Shown: positions 51,832 through 64,000 of the stretch, in pieces
How positions within the stretch are numbered: position 1 is the stretch's first letter
Layout: the number at the start of each line of letters is the position of its first letter
Assembly: GCF_004010195.1 (NCBI RefSeq)
Contig: NC_057751.1
Span: forward strand, 3,265,111-3,329,110
Reading direction: 5' to 3'
DNA from: Chiloscyllium plagiosum
Lineage: Eukaryota
DNA length: 64,000 bases
Translations under genes and position numbers: made by a program
Notes under the pieces: model-generated
Seen by the model: the letters and a program-made list of their open reading frames with translations, nothing else
Databases searched by the model: none
Told to the model about the DNA's origin: nothing

Positions 51832-52354
51832 GCGAGCCGGGGCACCGCGATTCACGGGCAGACCAGTCAGTGTGGTATTGCAAGCTCTCTCTCTCTCTCT
51901 CTCCCTCCTCCTCCCTCTCTCCCCCATCTCTCTCCATCTCTCTCTGTGTATGTGTTGTCATCAAGAGACAAGAAGACTGAAATACAATGGGTTTGTCTCT
52001 GTGTACATCCCCTCTGTGACTACAGCCTGCTCCACCTGCTGCTTGTGGGGCTCTCTCGGTTTTGTTGTTGTTGCAAGGATTTGCCTTGGCGGATTTTGCT
52101 CCTGTCTTCTCCTCAGGATTATAAAAAAAACACATCACACTACAGCAACAACCACCCCCGTCCGCCTCCCTCGCACATTCCCCCCCCCCCCCCCCCCTTC
52201 CCCAGCCTGGAGAGGACAGCAGCAGGGATCTCTCTTCTACCTCAGTCTCGATATGGGCATGTGTTTATAGATCCCTCGATGTGATCTGGGACTGTGTGAT
52301 TTTTATTTTGCTGGAGAAGGGGATCGCCAGTCAGCCAGCTCTCTGCGCTCTGCT

Positions 52355-52508
52355 ATGACCGGGAAGCTAGTGGAGAAGACCATGAGCAGTCTGCTAAACA
52401 CCCTGCAGGATACTATCTACCCCGAGGATGAGATCGTGTCCGCCGCGCCAACTTCCATGAACATTTTTAACTCGGACGCCGGCGGCGCGTACGGCCAGAT
52501 GAGTGCAG
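52355..52508 (+). CDS. EGR3: Early growth response protein 3, coding exon 1
   Basis: Translates MTGKLVEKTMSSLLNTLQDTIYPEDEIV...YGQMSA, matching the EGR3-specific N-terminus as recalled (human [28 protein letters not shown]...YNQMA). Ends at a strong phase-1 donor, GCAG|gtaaga, after 154 nt. Confidence 0.95.
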
Positions 52509-55556
<3,048 letters not shown>

Positions 55557-57545
55557 GGACAGACCCGTCATAGCACAGCTTCAAGGCACTGCGCTGGGTT
55601 TGGGGGCGGGGGAGGGGGGGGGAGATCTCTGTGCATCCCCATCCAACCCAACCCTTCCCCCCTCTCTCCCCTTCCCCATCCCTTCCCCTCTCTCCCCTCC
55701 TCACCCTTAACCCCTCTCTCCCCTTCNNNNNNNNNNNNNNNNNNNNNNNNNNNNNNNNNNNNNNNNNNNNNNNNNNNNNNNNNNNNNNNNNNNNNNNNNN
55801 NNNNNNNNNNNNNNNNNNNNNNNNNNNNNNNNNNNNNNNNNNNNNNNNNNNNNNNNNNNNNNNNNNNNNNNNNNNNNNNNNNNNNNNNNNNNNNNNNNNN
55901 NNNNNNNNNNNNNNNNNNNNNNNNNNNNNNNNNNNNNNNNNNNNNNNNNNNNNNNNNNNNNNNNNNNNNNNNNNNNNNNNNNNNNNNNNNNNNNNNNNNN
56001 NNNNNNNNNNNNNNNNNNNNNNNNNNNNNNNNNNNNNNNNNNNNNNNNNNNNNNNNNNNNNNNNNNNNNNNNNNNNNNNNNNNNNNNNNNNNNNNNNNNN
56101 NNNNNNNNNNNNNNNNNNNNNNNNNNTCCCCTCTCTCCCTTTCCCCACCCCTTCCCCTCTCTCTCCGTCCCCACTCTCTCCCCTTGCCCCCTCTCTCCCC
56201 TTCCCCACTGCACAGGATGTGCGACCCACTGGCCTCTGAGCTGGCACTGGGAGTCAGGAGGAGTGTACAGCACGGCTCTCAGTTTGACCGTTGGATATTC
56301 GTGGACAAGGAGGACCAACAAACATCACCCCCACCCCACCCCAAACCCCTCCCCAGCCCGATCTCACCGAGAGGAAGCTAGCACTTTGGACAGTTTCCTG
56401 TGCTCACCCAGGCAGGTTTGGGGTATCAGGGAGCACAGTTACCTCTTTGTAAAATGTACTGCCCATGGGGCACCGACAAGACTCCGGCCATTTCGCCTCT
56501 TACCTTTTCAAAGGTAAAAGATAAACTGCCTGGGACCCCCTCCCCCTCACAGTTTGCACAATTTGCTCAATGTTTCCTCCCTCCCACTTTCCTCGGGAGG
56601 CTGTCAGAGATAAGGGGAACAAAGCGTTGCTGGCCAAACCATCCGAAGGGACAACTCAGCATCCGCATCACCATCACCATCACACACACACATGGAGGAA
56701 AGGACACTTTGCAAAGGACAGTCAAAGTGCGCCTGGTCACGTTGGGCTGTGGGAGGAGCTAGCAGACACCCTGCAGCCTCCCCTCCACCCGTGTCCCTGT
56801 GGGTTGACCACTGCGTGTCTGTGTCTGTGTCTCTGTGTGTGTGTGTTTGCACTGCCCTTGTACACGGACACCAGGCTGGGAGTGCACGCTCCATCCGCAT
56901 AATCGCAGCTACCTGTACACGCCGAACTTGTGTTTAATCCCCTCCTCCCCCCGTTTCTCCCCGCCTTTCAGTTTTCTTGAGGGAAATTACAGAGGAGCAC
57001 TTCCGCACCTTGACTGAGCACTCCCAGTCATTAATGTTAAAGCATGCCAATGCACGCTAACATTTCTTTCCTTGGAAACTGCGCGCTACAACAAGAAGAA
57101 GAAAAGTTTGAAGCTGTTCTTTCATGGCAGACAGAATGTTCTCGTTAGTTTTTTGCTCTTTCCAGTTTTTAATGTCTGCATGTGAACCTTGTTATGTCAG
57201 ACATGGGATCAAAAGTAGTTTGATATCTCCAGTCGAAAGAAACCTGTGAGAAATGCTTTTTTGGGGAAGATTTTTGCATACAGTATTTTGAACAAAGATG
57301 TAATTCTATTTTGTGGCGTTATTTTTAAGATGTTATCGTACCTTATAATAAGGTGCATTGCTTGATTTTGTGAAGAGATGGTGATTTCTCACCGATATTC
57401 CCATTGGCTTCTTGTCTATTGTAATGCAAATACTGTAATTTAGTTCAAGTATCGCCATTTGAAAGATACCTAATGTATTGTTGTACCATTTGCACTGTGG
57501 GCAAATGTTGAAACATAAATATATTGTGTTTGCTGAGATAAGTCC
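55557..57545 (+). other. Probable EGR3 3' UTR (end inferred)
   Basis: Transposon-free sequence after the stop, with a U-rich distal block (about 57020-57530). Variant poly(A) signal CATAAA 57514-57519 is followed by GU-rich sequence. I saw no AATAAA before 58698 outside the gap. Confidence 0.5.
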
Positions 57546-57659
57546 CTCCGCGTTTTATTGACCGACGACGCGAACTTGAGGCCCTCTCCCTCCCGCCCCC
57601 CTCCCCGCTTTACTCCGCCTGACCGCCTGTTTGAGACCAAACACCCCCCTCCCCCCAAA

Positions 57660-57835
57660 AAAATATAGAACTGCAAATGCTGGAAATCTGAAACAAACAG
57701 AGACATTTCTGGAGAAACTCGGCAAGTCTGGCAGCATCGGTGGAGAGAAAGACAGAGTCGGTGTTTCGGGTCTAGTGACCCTTCCTCAGAATGCTGCCGG
57801 ACCGGCTGAGTTTTTCTTATAGTTTCTGTTTCAGA
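57660..57835. mobile_element. Partly fold-back subfamily 2 element
   Basis: Minus strand CTGAGGA-A-GGGTC-ACTA-GACCC-GAAAC-ACC (cleavage triplet mutated) with a partial inverted arm. Confidence 0.7.
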
Positions 57836-58169
57836 ACCTGATGCAAGTCTTTAACGATTGTGAAGAGGTTTGAGACAGTTCTCTCCACTCTGGAAGATCA
57901 GAACCGGGGATCACAGAGTCAAACAGCAGGGAAACAGACCCTTCTGCCCAACCAGTCTAAGCCAACCATAATCCCGAACTAAACTCATCCCACCTGCCTG
58001 TGCTTCACCCATATCATATGCTTCGCCAAATGCATCGTGAATAATAACAGATACATCCCAAATAGATGCAACAGGAAATTTGACCCAATCATTTAACGTA
58101 TGGATTGAAGGGAATCCCTGGGGAAAAACAAGGGCTGAATCAGGAGAGGGAATAGCAAACCCACTGAGA

Positions 58170-58395
58170 GAGTGGGTTTCCTCTGGGTGCTCTGGTTTCC
58201 TCCCACAATCCAAAGATGTGCAGGTTAGGGTGAATTGGCTGTGCTAAATTGTCCATAGTGTCCAGGGATGTGGAGGTTAGGTGCATTAGTCATGGAAAAT
58301 GGAGAATTGTAGGGAAGGGGAATAGGTCAGGTTGGGATACTCTTCAGATGGTCGGTGTGGACTTGTTGGGCCAATGGAGGGATTCTATGATTTTT
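58170..58395 (+). mobile_element. 5'-truncated V-SINE (HE1-like)
   Basis: GTGGGTTTCCTCTGGGTGCTCTGGTTTCCTCCCACAATCCAAAGATGTGCAGGTTAGG. Confidence 0.8.
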
Positions 58396-58714
58396 TGAAA
58401 CCGGATGGGGAGGCTTGTATTCATAGAATCCATGCATCTTGCATGCTACGTAGAAGTCTGAATGAACTAGCTGGATTGAAAAACCCCTCCCGGTTCACCG
58501 TAATCCCACGGAGTCAATCTTTCAGCTCAGAAATAGGCTCTGTATTTCCAACTCTGGGAATCTTTAATTGTTCTGTAAAAGGAAGACCTGAATGAGAAGG
58601 TTTAAACATGGTGCTGAAAGGGGGCAGGGAAACATTCACCAATGTTTACACCGTGAAAATATCACAGTTCTTTTAACGAACCATCATTCAGGTATTGAAT
58701 AAAAATGTAAGACA

Positions 58715-59570
58715 TTTGAACAGAGATAGGAAATTCAGCTCCTCCACTCAAAGCAATCATCGCTGGCCTCACGCCCATCTCAACTCCATTTTCCTGCCTG
58801 CTCTCCATAACCCTTTAACCTGTTATTAATTAAAGACCTGTCTGTCTCTTCCTTAATAGTCCCAGCATCCACCACACTCTGGGATAGTGAATTCCACACA
58901 TTCAGGACCATTTCAGAGAAGTTATTTCTGCATATCTCTTTTTTTAAAAAAAAAAAATCTGCTATCCCTTATCCTAAAAGTATCACCTGCTGTTCTAGAT
59001 TCTCCCACCAAGCTATACAGATGTACAGCACAGAAACAGACCCTTCGGTTCCACATGTCCATGTGACCAGATATCTTAAATTAAACTAATCCCATTTACT
59101 AGGACTTGGCCCATATCCCTTGAAACCCTTCATTTTCACATACCCATCCAGATGCCTTTTAAATGTTGTAATTGCACCAGCCTCCACCACTTCCTCTGGC
59201 AGCTCATTCCAGACGCGTGTGTGAAAAAGTTGCTCCTTTGGTCCATTTTACATCTTCCCCCTCTCACCTTAAATCTATGCCTTCTAGTTCTGGACTCCCC
59301 CACACACATGTCTATTTACCCTATCCACGTTCCTCTATAAGGTCACCCCTCAGCCTCCAGCACTCCAGGGAAAACAGCCCCAGCCTCTCCCTGTGGCCCA
59401 AACCCTCCAACCCTGGCAACATCCCTGTAAATCCTTTCTGCACCTTTCAAGTTGAACAAGAGACTTTTCACATGAGATCTTCTCTCCTTCTGCTAAGCTC
59501 CAGACAGTCTGAGCCTAAACTGCTCAGCCTCTCTTCATAAGACAAAACCATCACCTCTGGAATCAACCCA
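58715..59570 (-). mobile_element. Nested CR1 fragments (younger copy at about 59010-59450 inside an older one)
   Basis: Two CR1 3' sequence types; CCAGCCTCCACCACTTCCTCTGGCAGCTCATTCC is shared with other copies. Confidence 0.75.
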
Positions 59571-61737
59571 ATGAATTCATTGACGATCTATGAAAATATT
59601 TGGAATGCTATTAATAATTCAATGTGTGTTCTGACAAACTAAATAAATTACATAGAGGTTGGAGCATTGGAAAATCTGGGTGAATCCTCAATACTCCAAA
59701 TTTCCTCAATAAGGAAAGTATACAATCATTGTCTAAATATGTAAATACCCAGGCCAGCTGGATGTGAATTCTCTCAAACATTTGAAATAATCAAGGAAAA
59801 AACTTTGCAAGATTTTTTCCCAAAGTTCAAATATTGGGTGCATGAAGTGAATCATGAAATTACATTCTATAAAGTGTATTGTAATAATTCTGTAAAGCCT
59901 GTCATCAAATTGAAATGATGCAAGCAAAATTGATTGGAAGGGATTATAGCAAATGAATAATCCTTGACTTTAAAGAGTTGTTTATTTAGTTGATGTCGAA
60001 CAAAATAAACTGAAAAAGCGATGAGTAAGTTCAGTGTTCAAAAGAAAATTGCAAAAATAGTTTTCAAAAAGGGTAAGATAAAATATTAAGTATAAACAAT
60101 CTAAAGTTCATTTGATTTCACAGGACATGGAAGAGCAATTTAATAAACCCCCCAAGTGCAAATTTTACAAGTCTTTAATTATTCACATCATTTCCAAACA
60201 TAGTGTGGACCTTGGGACAGTTCAAGTTGGTACCAATAATTAAAGAGATGTGCCATTTGCTATCACTGGAATTCGACTGAGGTGACCAAGTAGGAATGTT
60301 TTGAAGAAAAGATTGGATCTGTGTGAACATAGCATTCATCCAATGCCATTAAAACCAATCCTTTCATGCTCAGGGACAATAAAAACTTGAGCATTTTACA
60401 CAGAAAACTGAAAATATTTCAGATAATAACATCCAGTTGCAGCCTAATGACAATGATAGAACCTGCATGGTTGTCTGTTTTGACATTGTTCCTTATTAAC
60501 ACAAGGCTTATAGGGAACAGAAAGCCAGTTAAGTAACCTGCCTTTGCCTCCTGAAATAATAGGTATCTTGGGTGTATGTTTCCCTGTGGCACAGATGTAC
60601 TGCATTGGGACAAGTGAAAATCGTACACAAGTCTCAACAAAAGGGCCATAGCCGAATTCACTCTTTGAAGCACTTTCTCTGTACTCATGAGACAAAGTGT
60701 AACTGCTATTTTTTTTTCCTTGCATGTTATTTTTCTGTATGAGCTACAAGTCCCATCTTTGATCTCACTTGAGGGTTGCTTAAAACCCTCGTCTGACTTT
60801 CTCCAGAATCCCAGAAGATCGTTTTCCTCCCAGCTCTGCGCTCCTTCTGTACAAATGTTTTCACTTATGGAAACTATTGCAATTTTTTTGTGTGAAAGTG
60901 GCGAGGAACGTCTCAATTTAGTTCCTTGTTACAATATTTTGTGACCAACATAATTGTTGCTGGTGGAGAGAAGATAACTGAACTGAATGGTGAGAGGAAG
61001 CCATTTATTCTGTGGAAACTGACCACTGCAAGTATACCAGTTCAATCAGCTGAGTAGGGAAAGGGTTTTCAACAAGAGTACCTTTGGTACTTCTTCTATT
61101 TCACCTGGCAGGTACTGAAGATGATTTGTTGTGCCTTCCAAATTGATATGTTCCCCTAATATTCATACTACATTTATTTTGCATCAGTTCAACTGCATGC
61201 ATTTAAGTCTTGTTTTGGTGAATTAATGTTCTGTGTGATGTATTTAGATATATCTTTTCATACTTCCTGGATGTTGTGAAGGTGCCCCTTTCTGGATAGT
61301 GTGCTGTGATAGAGTGGTTGCAGGGCAGAAGGAGTAAGACAAGTTTTATCTTTCCACATCACACTTCCCCTTTACATTTGTGCTCAGTCTTGTTCTTCTC
61401 TTCCCAGTCCTTCACAGCAACTACACATTCCTGATGAAGTTCATTGATAACAAGTGTGCACTGCACACTAAACAAAGTGTGGCCATTGCATTATAAACCC
61501 TCACTCTAACCTCTGTCGATGTGCACTCTCGTATTAGTCTTCTGTGTGCAATACTTCATTTTATCTTTTATTCTCTCATTTAGTTGCAAAACTGATCTAA
61601 GTCCTTTGTAAGTCTTCTCATTGCATTGTTAATGTTTGTGCCACTCTGTTCCTCCACCTTCCTCCCCTTCCTCAAATTGCTCCTTAGTATCAGTCTCTTT
61701 GGTCAAATGTTTGGTCACCTGCCCTCGCATTTTCTGA

Positions 61738-62908
61738 ATGGACTTCAGTAAGGTGTTCAACAAGGTTCCTCATGGTAGACTGGTGAGCAAGGTTAGAACA
61801 CATGTAATCCAGGGAGAACAAGCCATTTGGATACAGAACTGGCTCGAAGGTAGAAGACAGAGGGTGGTGGTGGAGGGTTGTTTTTCAGACTGGCGGCCTG
61901 TGACCAGTGGAGTGCCACAAGGATCAGTGCTGGGTCCACTACTTATCGTCATTTATATAAATGATTTGGATGTAAACATAGGAGCTATTGTCAGTAAGTT
62001 TGAAGATGACACCAAATTGCAGGTATAGTGGACAGCGAAGAAGGTTACCTCAGAGTACAATGGGATCTTGATCAGATGGGCCAATGGACCAAGGAGTGGC
62101 AGATGGAGTTTAATTTAGATAAATGTGAGATGCTACATTTGTAAAAGTAAATTAGGGCAGCATTTATATACTTAATGGTAAGGTCCTGGGGAGTGTTGCT
62201 GGACAAAACGATCTTGGAGTACAGGTTCATAACTCCTTGAAAGTGGAGTCACAGGTAGATAGGATAGTGAAGAAGGCATTTGGTATGCTTTCCTTTATTG
62301 GTCAGAGTATTGAGTACAGGAGTTGGGAGGTCATGTTGCGGCTGTACAGGACATTGGTTGGGCCACTGTTGGAATATTGCGTGCAATTCTGGTCTCCTTC
62401 CTATCGGAAAGATGTTGTGGAACTTGAAAAGGTTCAGAAAAGCTGTACAAGGATGTTGCCAGGGTTGGAGGATTTGAGCTATAGGGAGAGGCTGGATTGG
62501 CTGGGGCTGTTTTCCCTGGAGCGTCAGAGGCTGAGGGGTGATTTTATAGAGGTTTATAAAATCATGAGTGACATGGATAGGGTAAATAGACAAAGTCTTT
62601 TCCCTGGGGTCAGGGAGTCCAGAACTAGAGGGCATAGGCTAAGGTTGAGAGGGGAAAAATTTAAAAGGGACCTAAGAGGCAACATTTTCACGCAGAGGGT
62701 GGTATGTGTATGGAATGAGCTGCCAGAGGAAGTGATGGAGGCTGGTACAAAGACAACATTTAAAAGGCATCTGGATGGGTATATGAGGAGGAAGGGTTTG
62801 GAGGGATATGGGCCAAGAGCTGACAAATAGGATTTTGTGAGATTTGGTTAGGACATCTGGTTGGCATGGACGAGTTGGACCGAAGGGTCTGTTTCCGTGC
62901 TTTACATC
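61738..62908 (+). mobile_element. CR1 LINE, 5'-truncated, disrupted RT
   Basis: [15 protein letters not shown]...[20 protein letters not shown]...KFEDDTKL, then a frameshift and stops, then LYRTLVGPLLEYCVQFWSPSYRKDV...WNELPEEV. Confidence 0.95.
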
Positions 62909-63600
62909 TTTAACAAGCTGTCCTGGCTTTTTTTTTTCAGAGGGGTTGTGAAAGCAGTGATTCTGAAATGTCTTGGTTTAAAAGGTTTTAGGGCCAATTT
63001 CATTACAGCTAACCGATACTGTCACGGAGAAAAAGGTTTTCAAATTTTTGAATAAAAAACATTTGTACAATGGAAGGGGAATGGCCAGTTCTCCCAGTTC
63101 AACTTCTCTGTAGTTTGGTTTGGTTTGGTTTGGTTTGGTTTGGTTTGAGTTGGGTTTTAGCAGTCTGGCTGTTCACTGAAAGCAGTCAGTCAGTTTGAGG
63201 CTGCTGGCCAAGAAACAGCGACATGGAAGAAGGTGTTCCAGCTGAATCCCTCTGCCATCTCTGTCTCTCTCTCTCTCTCCTGTAAGACCTTGTATTTGAT
63301 TTTTCCTTTTGTGCCAAGAGGTGTTTATGGGGATTGTGGCAGGAATTTGGAACAGCATCATTAAGTTAGGGTAGTCATGAGTTTGCGAATAGGTTGAATT
63401 ATTTGGAATTCTGTGCTCTTTTGTTTGTGTTTCATTTGGTAATCTTGCAAATAAATTCTGTTTTGTTTAGAACTAAGTGGTTGGGTCAGTTGCATCCCTC
63501 CTGGGATAGCTGCGTTACACCTACTTAAAACAATTAACACAGCCAGGGTCTGGGCTACCTTCTTAAAATATTTTGAGAGGGTCTGGCCTGGTCCATAACA
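62909..63600 (+). mobile_element. Solo-LTR-like element (copy C), left end abutting the CR1 tail
   Basis: Ends GTCTGGCCTGGTCCATAACA, the reverse complement of the copy A/B starts. AATAAA 63450-63455; internal (TTTGG)n. Confidence 0.72.
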
Positions 63601-64000
63601 CCTGACATCTGGCTCTGGGTCAGTCTTAATCATTCTCCGAAGAATCTTTTGACCTGTTAATGTGCCATATAAGTGCAAGTTGTTACTGTGGGCTGCAAAC
63701 GGTACCAGCTTACAATTGGGTACAAACCAACATATCTGAGCTTAACAAAAAGTGAGTTCTGAGATGCACGATACTCTGGGGAAGATGTTTCCCTGCGTAA
63801 CAATGGTATTCTTTCTCACTACTGATGTAATTCTTGGCCATTTTCCCAAACCTTGGTGGGACAAGTTCAGTTTGGCAAACTTGGTTGGCATGGACAAGTT
63901 GGATCGAAGGGTCTGTTTCTGTGTTGTATGACTCTACAATGATGTCTATGACTGCCCTGCATCCGAAAGACCTTTTTTTTTATTCTTCATGTGGGAATGT

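Noticed and set aside
57341..57353. CCTTATAATAAGG palindrome as a CArG box
   Set aside because: Nine A/T bases between CC and GG instead of six.
59990..60030. Possible micro-exon (tttag|...GA|gtaagt)
   Set aside because: All frames contain stops, and there is no recognisable product or partner exon.

Overview
Repeat-rich eukaryotic (vertebrate) genomic DNA with four N gaps. The repeat content (HE1/V-SINE-like SINEs, abundant CR1 LINEs) suggests a shark or other cartilaginous fish; this is an inference. One host protein-coding gene is supported: a two-exon EGR3 orthologue on the + strand (CDS join 52355..52508, 54373..55556; 445 aa; three C2H2 fingers). It has a clear immediate-early promoter (CArG/SRE, Ets, CRE, TATA), uORFs and an expanded His/Gln tract. 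The rest is CR1, Rex1/Babar-like, L2-like and Penelope-like fragments, SINEs, three related solo-LTR-like elements, three minisatellite arrays and several candidate conserved non-coding elements. The most notable signal is a set of minimal hammerhead-ribozyme motifs (CUGANGA-N-stemII-GAAAC-GUH). One lies at the 3' end of a Penelope GIY-YIG fragment. Others are carried by short, often fold-back, TSD-flanked non-autonomous inserts from about three subfamilies. Hammerheads in Penelope-like elements are known in general; whether these families are described or catalytically active cannot be determined here. All homology calls come from motif recognition, not database searches, and repeat boundaries are approximate unless a TSD is given.
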